Assembly (NCBI GenBank): GCA_017499595.2
Contig: CM039005.1
Location: forward strand, 2,232,001-2,296,000
Direction: 5' to 3'
DNA: 64,000 nt
DNA from: Psilocybe cubensis
Taxonomy: Eukaryota
Every line of letters starts with the position of its first letter. The stretch's first letter is position 1. Shown piece after piece: positions 39,920 to 54,395 of this stretch. Position numbers and translations under genes: made by a program. The notes beneath the pieces were generated by a model that worked only from the letters and a program-made list of their open reading frames with translations, made no database searches and was not told the DNA's origin.

Positions 39920-41886
39920 TGTTAATGGTCAGAGATCCTTGACGGCTTCAGCGTATTTATAGGATCGGAGAGTTGCTGTCTCTGTGTACTTTATATCCGT
40001 TCGATTGTAGTGACGGATAAAACCAGAGCTTGTCGGAGTGGTGAGTAAATGCACTTGAAAATATGGTGGACTGGCACACCGCAAGCATGGCTCTAGATAT
40101 GCTGGATGAAAGAAGTGTATTTACCTCATTCCGAGTGCGTCGTGCGAGTCGGTGCAAAGCTACTTAGGAAAAACAGTTCTCACGACTTCTCATGCGTCAC
40201 CAGCGCATCGATTTCAACCGGTCATGCACCCTATGACTGATGCCATTATATGCGTGCAGCCTGGTGCTAGCATAGCAAGGCAATGCTTCGGATGAGCATA
40301 ACCGTTAACACTGGTGATATATTGCTTTAATAATTTACCTAGAATTTTAATTAGAAACCTGGCAGTATGTTGTTCAAGCGAGGCCATATGCAGGACGGCA
40401 TTTTCTTCTCCCCACATGCTGCAATTCATCGAAGCGAGTTCCTTTCTGACGGGTTTACTCGTCAGGAGGGCTGTCAAATTGATCCTGGCACGTAACGGCT
40501 CATCCCATCCAGGAAATTCGTGCTTCGAAATAAATTACGCTTTGAAGCTTGGATAGCTAATATTGAGGGAGATTTGGATGCGAAAAACCGTTCATAGGAT
40601 GATTGAATTCAGTGCTTTGGGCAAAATCCACAGTCATTTATAGGTGCGTGGCTTCTGTGTAACTGTATCGGGGAAGTGACACTGCGGCGCACACGCACGA
40701 AAACGCGCGGATACAATGTCAACGCGAGATAAAGGGTTGCGGTAATGTGGGGGCTACGATACGGAAATGTATGCCCGAGGGACAGGCGGCTAAATGGTTG
40801 TTCCCTGACAGTGAACTGGGATAAGAGGATGCCTTATTGCCTGAGGTAGAGACGAGGCGGTATTCCTAAAAGCTCGATGAATCTTAGAGCATTATGTCGG
40901 AGGAAGGCGAGATGAACCTAGAGTTTTCCGCATATCATATCAAGAGATATAGGAGTATCTGACCAAGACGCACACTCCAAGTTTGGAACACTTGTACAGG
41001 GCGATGATGAATGCAATGACGAATACATTGTGATGAAACATGACGGAGAATGCTATAAGACTTAAATTTATGAGATGGCAACTGTTGAAAACAGCAACTA
41101 CACACCTTGCACTTGGTTTCGATAGGATATTCCGCTTAGATATGATGAGGATAACGTTGATTTCTGAATTATTGCAGACTTGCTATTCGGGGAACAGCAC
41201 AGCACGGTCCCACGAACGCCAAAAGCTTAACAAATGCCGGCGATCCACGCAATAGGGATGAGACTAAAAGAAAACTCGAAAGCCTAAGAGCCAAAAAGCT
41301 GGTTCTTCCTTTGTTTGCACGGTGTAAGCCATATCCCAGGTCCCAGGCAGGTCGTAGTTTCGTAGGCTTTACCACAAAGCAGTGGTACCAAACATTTTTT
41401 TGGCGTTCTGCCGCGAAAGTCTGGGACGCGGAGTATATGTTGCCATTTTGCTTCCTCATTTACGCTCCCTCATGAGGCGCTAACGAGCCAGACAAAGGCG
41501 AAATGGATAGATCATGAATAAGCAACAGAGAGGAATTAATCATGAGTTTGACGATAGGTATCCTGGACTCGGGAATTCGAAGATAAAATGATTTAAAACA
41601 GATCCAGAAATTTCAAATAAATTAAGTACATAATAAAGTTTGTGGACGCTGATTTTGACAGTGAGGACGTTGAGGAAAGGAACAAGAGAGGTTGTCAAAA
41701 TGAGGTGTGACACAGTGACAAAAATGAGTGTGACGTCTGTGACAGTCGAGAAACGATCACATGACCGTCGCGACGGTGGAGGAATCAGGTTGGTTCAACA
41801 AACTTTGTAAGGGGGACACATCGTCAAAGAAGTTCGAGTCCGCCTTCAATTCAACACACAGCAAACCTCTCACTATTACCACAACT

Positions 41887-44800
41887 ATGGCTTCTCATAA
41901 AGTCAAGATAGCGGCTCGGCTTAGACCACGGCTCGACGGGGAACTCGACGATGACTCAATTAAAGTCGTACACCAATCTAACAACACCGGGGGTTCTTCA
42001 AGCTCAAGTGGAGGCAGCAGCTTCATTTCGGTGGCAAACCCTAGAGACCCCACACAAGTTTTCAAGTTTCCGTGAGTTACTCTGTACAACAACCTCGGAG
42101 GGCTTTGCTCACAGTGGCCGCAGTTTTTCAAGTTGCTACGATCAAGATTCCACTCAAGAGGAGATATTTGAGAACGATGTGGAGCCATTGATTGACGTTG
42201 TATATAGCGGTGTTGTAAGTTACATGTTATCTTCATCGTTGCCTCTATTGTAACATATATCAGACCGTCACTATCTTTGCATATGGTGTCACTTCCTCGG
42301 GGAAAACCCACACCATGCAAGGGACACGCAACGAACCTGGCGTTATTCCCCGTGTCGTTAGAGTAAGCGAGTGTATTCATATGACATTCTGTAGACTGAT
42401 AACCCCTTCTAAGGCCATGTTTGAGAAAAAAGCTTCTTTCCACCAATACCAGACCTCGCTTTCAGTTTCGTATATGGAGATTTACAAAGACGAGGTTTAC
42501 GACCTGCTGGTAACCAGAGAAAATGTTCGTCTGTCAATCAGTATACAAATATGCCAATAACATGTTATCACAGGCTCCCAAACTTCCTGTAAGAGAAAAC
42601 GACAGCGGCATGGTTTTCGTCGCCAATTTAACCAAAATGGAGATTTCTGGAGTTGAAGAGTTTGATAACATCTATAAGTGAATAACATGTTATACACATA
42701 CTTACTATTTCGAAAGTTCTGATAGCTTTTCAATAGTACTGCAACCAAACACCGGTCGGTGGGTGCCACGAATCTGAATAGGGCGTCGTCGCGCTCGCAC
42801 GCAGTTCTCACTATCGAAGCATCTATGGTGGATCCAGTTGCGAATACGAGTACGTTTTAAAATTATAATTGTTATGCATCAAGCTGAGTTCATCGATCTA
42901 GCACTTACTGGAAAAATCAACCTGGTCGACCTTGCTGGCTCGGAGAACAACAAGGTACATTCACCTTTTAATATGACCTTTTCAGTCCTATAAGCAAAAC
43001 AGCTCACAGGAAACGATCCATCCCGCATGGCCGAATCATCTGCGATTAACAAATCTTTGAGTGTTCTCGGGCAAGTGGTCCACGCGCTGAATCAAGGAGC
43101 AGTGAGTTTTTTCTTTACAATTCAACGCCACTGACATTCAATCGAGATCATCAGTCACGCATACCTTATCGCAACTCCAAATTGACTCGCATCTTACAAG
43201 ACGCTCTTGGTGGCTCATCCGTGGGGCTGTTGATTTGTAACTTGGCCCCAGGCATCAAATTCCGTCAGGACACCCTGAATACTCTTAAGTATGTGCAATT
43301 GATTTCTTCTTCTACTACGTCCCTGACCTCCTGCGTCAAATCCAGTTTTGCTGTTCGCACAAAGAATGTCGAAAATCGGCCTGTTGTCAACGAACGCGGT
43401 ACGTCGATTGTGGATTCGCGACATAACATTTATCTGTCCTCACGCATGTTATTTTTTGCTTCTTTTCTGGTATAGATAACCGACCTGTTCCAAAACCCCA
43501 TTTTGCAGCCGTCTCTATTCAGCCACCTGCGTCCAAACCAGCACCTGCCATCGTTCAAGCGATCTCCACTGCAGGCTCTGGTTCAACTGCAGGGGCCAAA
43601 CGTGCTCGCCCATCTTTGGTTCCCATGTCAAGATCGTCCCGCATCTCCTCAATAGGCGGTGGACACGGGTATCAATCATTTGGACTTGCTGGGGCGGCGG
43701 CGGCAGGACGAAGACAAACCGGGATGTTTGAAAAGATAAGAGAAGAGGATCATTCATACGACCGGTCCGGCAGTGTTGGCATTGGTATGACAGAAAAGGA
43801 GATCGATGAGCGGGTGTGTTATCACTTCTCGGCGATATTGGCAGGGCGCCAGGCTGATCATCTTTTGCCACCGCAGATTTCGAAAGCAGTTGAGGCAGCT
43901 GTGGAAGCTGAAGTAACTAGGCGACTAGCCGAACGTGAGCGTCAAAGGGCAGAAGCTGAACAGAACGAGAAAGAAGCTGCGAGGAGAGAAGGACAAGTTT
44001 CTAGGACAGGCACGCCGACCAAGGAGACTAGTCTACCTTCAGGTGTCCTGACTCCTCTCTTGAAACGTCACAAAGATCTTGATGAGGAACTCAAGAGCCG
44101 TCTCCATGAACTTGAGAAAAAATAGTGAGGATTCCATTAATGCTTGCATATGCTTTACTCCATATTGACCGACATGAATAGTGAAAGAGGAACTAAGGAG
44201 ACACAGCTAGCGGATGTCCTGTCACCCGTTTCCAAGAAGAAAACGGGTCGCGCTTATGTTGCGCTTGCACGTGCACATTCCGAAAAGTACGTACATTTGT
44301 GGATCAAATGTCCCAAAGTTGACCCCTTCAATCGTCGTTCGTACAAACAGGGGCGATTTGCAAGTCGCACTCGACTTGTATCGCAAGGCCGAGACCTACG
44401 TGCCTGATAACATCAAACTTAAAGAGAGGTGGATACTCTTCGTTATACACGTCTTTCTCCTTAAAATTTCTTCGTCACGAAAGCATATCTGACGTTCGTC
44501 TTTTCTTTTTCTTTTTATAACCCGTACTTGAATCCATGGGCACAGAATAATCGAGATCGAATGGGCAGTCCGGAATAACACGGCCTACGTTCCTTCGCCC
44601 AAGCCGCCCAGGAAACAGAAATCCAAGAAGAGATCAAAGTCTGCCTTGTCACGCGAGGCTCTTCCCGCTATGGACGCCATGGATGTAGATAACGGAACGA
44701 AGGGCAAGGGTAAGGATGGATTTGTTGGGAAGCTTGGAGAGTTTGGCATGGACTTCACAAATACTGAGAGTCCCAACAAGAGCAAGCGCACCTATGATGA

Positions 44801-44948
44801 TGCAACCGAAAGCGAAAATATGCAAACACCCATGAAAAAGCAGAAACGCACCGCACTTCATGGGACGCCATCTAGGAACATAGCTGCAGGAGAAGATGTG
44901 GATCCATTTGCTCTTCAAAGGAAAGACCGGCGACACGTCATTTCGTGA
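41887..44948 (+). CDS. Kinesin motor protein, probably kinesin-10/KIF22-like
   Basis: N-terminal motor with P-loop GVTSSGKTHT, NRASSRSH, DLAGSE, IPYRNSKLTRILQD; coiled coil and short helical-repeat tail. Subfamily is inferred. Confidence 0.9.
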
Positions 44949-45373
44949 AGGAATGGTCTGTTAGGGAGACTCAAGTAATCAAATGTTTTGGTGCAGTGTT
45001 GTCTTTTCTGTACTTGTATTGCTGTCTTTTTCTTTTTTTCATTGCATAATTGTCATCGTCACCCCATTGTTTTTATTACAGTCGCCAGTTATCATGTTGT
45101 TTTTCATATACGTATTTATCGCTTTTTGCGTCGCGTTTAATTTTTCTATCTATAGTGCTACCCGTGGTGAGGGTGTGATTTTGATCTCTGAAAGCGATGA
45201 CTTCGGCCAGCAGCCTGGGAATCGGCAAACGATGTCCCGCCCGGTATGACTTGGGAAGATACGTCCTGTTCTGCTTTAGTTCCTCGAAATGCATTCCCAT
45301 CCAATGATCGATACGGTATAATTGGTTGAAGTTTCTTCAACATCAGCACAGTCGACGCCTTGAACATGCCGAG

Positions 45374-46418
45374 ATGTTTGCCTTGCTGCTGCGGCTTACA
45401 CACATCATCAACGCCTCAAGTATATGTACCAACCCATGGTAGGCCTTTTACCCACAGACTCCAAGAGTTCCTTGTTATCTCACTATCACCTAATTGCTCT
45501 ACCAGTTATGCACGGACGCGATAATGGCGGAGGTGGTGGAGGTGGAGGTGGAGATGCTGGCGATGCTGGCGATGGCGGTAATGGTGGATTCATCCCATTC
45601 TCCATTCCCTTGACAGAACTAGAAAGACGAGCACGCAATCATGCCATTCTTTGCGTGGTTGGCTTCCTCATATTGCTACCCATTGGAGCTCTGGTCGCAA
45701 GATACTCCAGGACATTGCGTTACAAGTGAGTTTTTCATCCCCGGTTATTGGCGTAGAGGGACTTGTATTAATTACTGGATCACTTTGAGGTGGTTCTGGG
45801 CCCACTGGATCATCCAATTCCTCATTGCAGGGCCTGTCATATTCACTGGCTGGGCATTGGGTTACAAAACGACGAATGAACTAGAAACACCCCACTTTAC
45901 AGATCCCCATCAGAAAGTAGGATTGGCACTACTCATTCTATACGTCGTGCAAATGGCCCTGGGAGCCATCGTCCATTTCTTCAAACTCCCGTCTATTTTC
46001 CGAGGTCATCGCCCTCCACACAGTTACCTACACGTTCTTGTCGGACTGGCCATATTCATTCTCGCTCAATGGCAGGTAATTAACTCATTAAAAAGATATG
46101 CCGATATTTAATAACTAATTTGCGCTCATTTGCACTTGTTTCAATGATCCATGTAGGTACATTACGGACTATTCACGGAATGGCTCCTCACTGGTGGTCT
46201 TCACCAAGTCCCAGAATCGGCTAAACATGCTTGGCTTGCGTTGGTTATTGTGCGTAATTTAAACTACCGTAAGTTCATAACACGCTAATGAATTGATTCA
46301 GGTATTTTGGGTTTTATACGGCTTGGGCATGGCTCTTCTTCCTCGACAATTTAAACAAGAAAGTCAAGCCCGTAAAGTCCGAAAGGAGGACCCTAACTCC
46401 ACCAATACCTCTGCTTAG
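45374..46418 (+). CDS. Cytochrome b561-like multi-pass membrane protein (start uncertain)
   Basis: About five TM segments with spaced His residues (NHAIL, WAHWIIQ, DPHQKVG, YLHVLVG); Gly-rich N-terminal linker. Confidence 0.75.
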
Positions 46419-46823
46419 AGGATATTGGATTAGCTTTCATAGAACGGACATCTCACATTCTTCTATAAAGTAGATAACAATACATTCACGATACGCTATA
46501 TGGATACACGATTTGGAGTCAAGGCAATATAATAGCTACATTCGGGCTTGTCGCCCAGGGAAGATTAGATCGAAGAGCGAAAATTGTTTCTAAGGGTTCA
46601 GGCAGAAAGGACGGTGACTATGTCGATACAGGTGGTTTAAGCAAGGCAGCAAGTGATTGGAAAACAGGGGTATTGGGCGATTATGCACGGTGTTGTTAGA
46701 AAGACGGAATTGTGGGGCGACAATGTCTATGTCTTGAAGAAAATAAAAAGTTCGAAAATAGACACTTGATGTTGAATCTCTGAGCAGTGTCGGCCCAATC
46801 CGGAAGATCTGTTGAGTAGGCAT

Positions 46824-47789
46824 TTAGCTGTAAGGAGGGTGTTGGTGCGCAGAATATGCGGCGTAATTGTTTTCATCTTCATCTTTAATAGTGGACCAGG
46901 CTGGTGCCTCCGAAGACGAAGATGGCTGTCCAACGTTATAAGCTGGATGATTGGAACGTGGCATTATGTAGCGGAAATTAGGGTCTTGACGATGTGCGGC
47001 AATAGGCTCTATGGGACTATTGTGATCAGAATGATGGGGAGACAGGGAAGGACGATGATGAGGTGAAGAACCGTAAGGAATGGCGGTAGATATCCTTTGC
47101 TGATAATGGGGCTGTCTGGGTGCATGTTGCATTGCGTGGGGGGAAATGGGCATTATCGGGGAATGTACACCGGCAATGAAATGAGGGAAAGGCATCTCAA
47201 AAAACAGTGCACCCACGAGCACTGCGCTCGAGTTTTGTGCGGGGTAGATAACCATCCCGGCACCAGGGAAAGTGTTAGGCTCCCAAGAAGCAATGGCAAT
47301 CTGTTTTGATAAACTGAACTTTGAGCTCCAGACTTTGGACAGAAGCAGAGGCACATACTGTATTGTTTTCAAAGAGTGCGCGGGATAAAGAGCGGAAGTT
47401 GGCTTGGTTGACCGTGTGGAGGTTCGTTTCCCGTAGACGATTCGGCATAAAAGTGCAAAGAGGCATGGGCGGCATACAGGCCTTGACCCAAGTTTGAAAT
47501 TCGTTCAGAACAGGCTGGTCATGTAAGATGCGAACAAAGAATGTTTGAGGCCATTGTTGTGCCCTGCTAGGTTGAGTCCAAATCAGAGAAGTAACCTTTG
47601 CGCGATGACATCAACGTACTTTTCGCCGTCAGTCTCAACTGCGGTGACGAAGATTTCCTGACTGCTGCCACGGTCGGAGCTCCTCAATCCGCTCACGATT
47701 ATAGAGCCTCGCCACGGTGGCGGCTGGGGGCGCTGATCGTATGGAGGAGGGACGAGACTCTCGAGCTGGGTTGGCAGACGGAAAACCAT
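46824..47789 (-). CDS. Hypothetical protein: globular N-terminal domain plus Pro/His/Ser-rich tail
   Basis: Three ORF segments join via GT-AG introns into one frame (PPWRGSIIV...WPQTFFV...LVGALFF); 3' end uncertain. Confidence 0.65.
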
Positions 47790-50700
47790 ATTGTAAAAAG
47801 GTGTGATGAATCGGAAAAACTCGAGAAACCGTCTCCTCTTTAAACATTCCATGATGGCGACCCTAAACAAAAACAAAATACCTCCGTCCCGTTCAGATTA
47901 ACCTCATCAGAAACCGAAATCGAGTGTAGAGTCATGTCATCCGTCGAGTGAGGTTGAAAATGGATCCAAGATCGTTACAGAGGTCGCGTGGCATTCCAGG
48001 GTATCTACGTTATGCCCATTGTCAAGGTACACACGTATCGCAGAGATAATATTTCAAAAAGCCATATGGAGGATATTACTCGTGCATCCATAATTCAGTG
48101 CGTAATTCTGACCATTTGGGCAGGTAAATTTCGGTGACTAGGATACCCTGGGATTTAAGCCAAGGAGTATTGAACATGATCGTTATGGCCAGTTGATGGC
48201 AAGCAGATCTACAAACTTGTCTCAATGGAAACTCTGTATGACATTCTTGCCCACAAAAACAGAGCAAACCGATCATCTGGATTGTGTTAATTTCGTCCTC
48301 TGTTCCTGTCAGTCTTGTGGAACAAAACTTTAATTTGAAGAAGCAGAAGCTTTTCCTGACTTTGACTGGCCATTGCCGGCCATAATTTCCATAGAAGTAA
48401 GCTCTAGCATGCTGTAAGCCGAGTACCGGGCCTCGGCTTGGCAAGTATTCAATTCATAAATAGACTACCGATCTGTAACCCGACATGGTGGATCTAGGTG
48501 CTGATCAGTAGATTGTGTTATGGGTTCCTTTCTCCCCTGCGCTAATCTGATTAGGTTATTAATTCTTCATTTCATGTTTTCGTATACACTTGACTGGAAA
48601 TCCGATAGATGTTATGTGTACGATTCAGCTTTATCTTCTACAATGAGCCATTCGATGACGGTAGCAGACACTGTGGTGCATCAACTAGATATCGTTGCTA
48701 TACACGTGCGCGATATTGGCTTGTCCGGGTTCCCCTTTCACCTGTGAAGGGCATACCGGCCATAATCTCTGCTATCTCTTTGGTGTCCACTGTCGACGCG
48801 CCTAAGTATCCAACTGACCCTTCAGATAGACGACGGAACGCTCGCGGAATGATCACATTGAAGCCACGCAAAAGCCACGTTGTCAGGGATTGACAATTCA
48901 CGTGGTTTGTTCCGTTGCTTATTTTGCGCTAAAGCAGCAAACTCCGTTGCTTGAACTTCCATGCACAATTCAAGACGATTCGGCTTTGCTGCTGGCCCAC
49001 TGAGATGGGCGATACTTTCTTTGTGCCCCGATTGAGAATTTCAAATAATGATTTCTCTCACTACTGTATCCCCGCAACGTACCTGGATTTAATTGAGCGA
49101 AATTCAAGGGAAAATAAATTGGATGGTGAACGCGGGCGTTTGATGTCGACAAAGGGTTGGCTACCTGCAGAAAAAACTTAGACACTATAAGCGGTCACGA
49201 AATTCTCATGTTGTTTCTATTATGCTTATTGCCTCGAAATAACTATTATCTCGGAGTAGAGGTAACCAAATAACAACCATTTACACACGTTTCGGAAGTT
49301 CGCAGAGTTGCTGGCTGGCGCTCATCGGATCTGTAGGGTTAGCTATAGAGTCTAGCCTTGCAGATTTGCACCCCTAACTCCAAATGCTCCTCAACCCTGT
49401 TTACGTGCGGAGTCCCTTCCGCGGCACTCTAAATAGTCTCATGGTTTCTATGTTTCAGGAAATACAGTCTGGAATACGCCACCGGGCAGACTGGAACGTC
49501 AGCCTGACGAAGGCCCAGCATAAAAACGCCCATTCCAAAGTTTTCTTGCGGAACAGAGCAAGAGGGACCTTACATAAATCAATCCGTAGGCGTCTATTGA
49601 TGTCATGGGAGAACGAAGGCCGTGTATATTTATTCCACCTTCTGTAGGTAAGCGGATAAGGCACAAATGACAACCTGGGTAGCCGACTGTACAAGATTTC
49701 TGAGGATGTAAGAGTAATATTTGTAAGACGGGGTTCGTAATGAATCGTTGTCTCTATGCCGCGAGCGCTCGCTCTGGAAGACATGTAATTTTCTTCATTT
49801 TCGTACACATCTAGACGGTCTGCGGAGTAACCATCAACTCGTATAAATATAGCCAGAAGGTGATTGGTGGAGACTTCAATTAAGAGTGGTTTGTTTGTAT
49901 TCTGACACATATTATTACATGTACTACATAGCCAACTTCAAGGCAAGGGAATTATTGCACCTCAGTATTTCGTATGTCACAATGTGAAGCAGAAGTTCCA
50001 ATTGCTCATTGAGTAAGACAAATTCTACAGGTAGAAGCTTCTTACACTCTAGATATATGCTAAATATCCTGTCCTAATTGGAACATGTCAAACAATAATT
50101 TTACAATTGCCAAACTAGAGCTTCGACCTGACATAATGTCTTGATTTTGCACAACAAAATTCAGGAACATCAGAAGGTAGACTACCAATCTCTCAAGATT
50201 ACGGTAAAGCACTGACTCGGACTAGGTTGATCTGGGCTTATAGTATTCCACACAACACTTAGTTTTGACTGCAGTTTTGCATTCAGGTAATTATTTAAGT
50301 TCAACTATACCTACCACGTGGTGAACATTGACCGCCACTATTGCCCGATTTGACATTTGAAATGGCCTTTCTAAACACATTTAATGCCTTCATGTAATCC
50401 TTGGCACTGTTGATGTCACAGGCCGCCCACGTGTACAGCCTTCCAGAGAATTTTGGAGAGTAAGAAACCATTTACGTAGAATTGCTTTGTCGAAAGCGAG
50501 GATATCGCAAAATTATATACATTCCTTTTGAAACTTTGCCACCCTTTGAAGGCTCTTATGTACCTTGTCAGGGCCCGAAAACTCAGGATATATGTTTTTT
50601 GTTTCGAGTACCATCTGGCCTTGATTTGGGGAATGACAGTCTGCAGAGGTTCTAGTCAGCTCGATCAGCCAAGCGTAATCGGCGTTTCAAATCTCGATGG

Positions 50701-51375
50701 TTGATTAATCGACGATTATTTGCTTCCATTTGAATGTGGATACATACTCCTGAGTTTTCTCCACATGCGTATTTTTTGTGTCTGTCAAGTTAGGAGGCTA
50801 CAGGGGCATTCGCATCAACTTTGCGTCTTTTAACAAATACCAGCAGATTACAATGCGTAAAGCTTATATTCCCAAGGTTATGCCTATATACATATGGTAT
50901 TTTCTCCCATGAATCTAGAACAACCGTGGGGAGTAATCTGAGGCCCGAAACACCTGTTAAACATCTGCATGATTTTATGTCATCTCGTGAAAATGTCATT
51001 GAATAAGACGGCGAACTGAGAGGTACAGAGGTCCGTTGTAGCTTTTGTTGGTTCGTTGATACAGAGCTTACACTCGTCGAGTGAATCTTTGATGCCGTAT
51101 TGAACCCCGGTGCGCATCGGTGACATAGGAACAAGGATTGTAATAACCAACAAATCAGAAAATATGATCTACTTAATTATTTAGTAAAATAGGCAGGATG
51201 GCCTTAGACTGAGTGAGTACATGATAAAATAGAAAATGAAAATCTATACACTAGGAAACAAATAGATATTGGTGTTGTAATAGAAAAATGAGTCCATATG
51301 ACTTTCAAGATAGCTTGTCCTCCGCAGATAGGAGAATATACGGCTCAAGGTAGCATATTAATAATGTTTCAACTT

Positions 51376-54300
51376 TTAAGTAGCTTGATATGAGCTCGGC
51401 GAAGGTTGAGCAGAAATAATCTACCAATAAGTTAAAGGTAAGCAAAAAAAGTCGGATGGATGCGGCTCCGAAAAGGCGAAAAAAATCTCCGTACCTTCTC
51501 CTCAATTTCTCCAAATAATTTCATTTGAGAGTCGCGGATCTTGGCCAACGTATTGCGCAAGTCGATGATCGTAGTCTGGTCGAGGGATTTACAGGCCTCA
51601 TATTGGCGCAGTTTGTCTTGCAAGTCGTTATTCCTCCTAGTAAGTGTATCAAGATCGGCGGACAAACGCGATTTTTCCTGCCGCTCCTCGTTCAAAGTGG
51701 CACCCAAGGTATCGAGTTTGGTGTCCTTTCTCGTTAGATCAGCGTTTAACACAATCAATTGTCTATTTGCGTCCGCGAGACTTTCGCTAGTTCTGGCGAC
51801 ATCAATCCTTGCCGATGTGACGGAACTTTCGAGATTAGATAATTTTGTTGACATTTGACCACGCTCTGCTTCAAGGGTCCGTGCAGAATCGGCCAAGTAG
51901 CCCTCCAAAGACGTAATTTGTTCCCGCGCAGCTTCAACCTCACCCACAAGTTGTTGCACGCCATGTTCCTTCGTCGCAATGTCGCGCTTAAGTTTCTCCA
52001 CGTAACCACGAAGCTGGTTTGTGCTTTCTCGTTCGAGCTCTATCTCCTTCTCCTTTTCCGACAATTTCGCGACCGTTTCTTGTCTCCCCGCCAATTCGGT
52101 TTTGAGCTCGGAAACGGTGGCCTCAAGCCTGGTTTCAAAAGACAGTGCATCTCGCTTCGCGTCTTCCAGCTCTTGAGAGAGTGACGCGATGGAGGATTGA
52201 GCTCCGGAGAAGCGCGCTGAAAGATCTTCAGCTGATCTACCCATTATTTGCAACTTGGTTGAGAGGTCCTCAATGTGAAGATTTTTTTGCTTCAGTTCGT
52301 TACCTAGGCTCTCAATGGATAACCCCTTTTCTTCTATTTCGGTTCGATATATGGATACCAGTTTCTCGAGATCCTCATTCTTCTGTCGGACGACATGAAA
52401 GTCCGTTGAGTGTTTTGCATTCAGGCGGGCGATTTCGGTCAGCTTCTCATCGCCTAATTCTTTCTCCAACGTCAGTTCTGCCATAACGCCATTAAGTCGG
52501 TTTTGAAGGCGTTCATTTGCGGCCTTGAGGTTGAGCTCTTGTTTCTTGAGGCGGTCAACAGAATCCCGGAGGGCGTCTTTCTGACGATGCAATTCTTCAT
52601 TTGACAATTCTAGAAGGACGAACCTATCAGCAACGGATGTGTTCTCGTTCCTCAAAACCTCGAGTGAGGACTGGGCTGCTTTCAATTGCTCTGCTGTCTT
52701 CACAACCGTATCTTTCGCTTGTTTCCACAAGTCCTGCTTGTCGGCAACCTCGGCGCTCAGCCTTGCGTTAGCCTCACGCAAAGACGCGATTGAACCTTCC
52801 TGATTAAGAAGGACCGAGTCTAAGCTCGCAATGCGCTCCGATAGAGCTTTAACCTCTGCGTCCCGATTGGAAAGTGAATCTGTTTTAACCTCCAATTGTT
52901 TCCGTAGACTCTCAATCTCGGTCGTTAATGTCGATATATCCCCTTGGTGCTCGTTAGACCGCTTATCAACGCGACTGAGAGGGGTAGCGGGGGATGCGCT
53001 ATCCATCAAGCGGTCGCCCCCTAGGTGGTTACCACTCCCACTTGGTACGACACTTGGCCATTGAACAGCATTCTGATTCAAAGTTGATTCTGTACTCTGA
53101 CGAAGGCCTAACATGTTATCGTCGTATATGGGCAAATCATCATCAGGTGAGCTTGGAGCGGGAGTAGGTTGTTTGCTGATGTTGGAAATACATGAACCAG
53201 ATTGAGTGCGAGTTAGACCCTTCGGATAGACGCGCGACAATGCGGTAGCGGGAGCCCGTGGGGAGGTAACATGGTTGACTTCGCTAGATAAGATTTGATC
53301 ATTAATCAGGAATAATGCCATCCGTTGCAAGATTAAGGGCGCACCTCGTAGCGTCCGGTATCAGTGGTGAGAAACTGATATCTGGTTCATTCTCCCTATC
53401 GTCATTCAATGCCCGGTACCTCGCGGCTCTTGCCGCAGATAACTCGCGTCTCATTTGCTCGATTTCTTCCTCGCGTTCTTTTAATTCTTCTCGTAACTGC
53501 GCATTTTCTACTTGTTCTTCGTTGTCAAGGTCTGTCAATGGAGAAACTCCCCTGAGAAGATAATGAACTTGTGCCTGCTCTCGCAACCAGTCTAATTCGG
53601 CCTTGAGCTAGTAGAAACCCCATCAATTTTAAATTTTGGGGGTTTGTGCCGGAAGGTGACATACCTCAGCTTTAGTCATTTTTGAGACGCTCGTCTTACT
53701 GGCGGGATCCGAAATTTTTGCTCGCTTTCTGGAGGATTTCTTTCTAGGTGTGGCGCTCGTACTCCCCGGGTACTCGTCTACAGAGGACGCGCGTGTCCGC
53801 TTTGAAACTCCACTAATTATCTGCTTCCAGATCATTCCTTCTTCATTCGCGTTAATATCATCCTTTTCATGAGGGAAGGTAGAGCGGCGGGCCCGGGATA
53901 TACTGAGGTCATCTTTAGATTGACCGTATAGCATATGAGATGCAAACACTCACAGTTGTTTGCCGTTCGACGTCAGTGCCACCGTCCCACTAGGGCTTGC
54001 AGACTCCAATATTCCTTCGCTTTCCTAAAGAAACGAGTTAGATTATAAGATTTAAAAGTAATTTATACCCCACAAGCTTTGAAATGGCTTTTCCAACCCA
54101 GTGACTCCATTGAGGGCCTATCTTATCCTTGTTCGCTTGTGCAGTTTTTTTGACTGGTAGAAAAGATTAAGAGGAAAATGTGGCATTAGCAGGAGAATGG
54201 AATGTTACTTTGAGCACGTATTGAGGCGACATGAATGGCATGCTTCCTATGTTCCTTCTGAAGCTGGGTAAACGCTCCAAGGACGCCTGATTCCGAATCA

Positions 54301-54395
54301 ATGTCAATGGTGACGTTGTTAGGGGTTTGAACATTTCAACACTTACGTTCGGCATAAGAAACCTTGCCTATCTTTTTTGATCTAGAGTATACCAT
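51376..54395 (-). CDS. Long coiled-coil protein with putative N-terminal winged-helix (H15-like) domain
   Basis: 632-codon heptad-rich ORF at 51432-53330; upstream exons splice in frame from ATG 54395; basic NLS-like PRKKSSRKRAK. Confidence 0.75.

Noticed and set aside
39957-41500. Short ORFs between the monooxygenase and the kinesin
   Set aside because: No motifs or coding-like composition; treated as intergenic
48000-51200. Scattered ORFs and splice-like signals (e.g. 49455-49910 on the minus strand)
   Set aside because: No recognisable motifs and no consistent spliced frame could be built; a degenerate or orphan gene cannot be excluded
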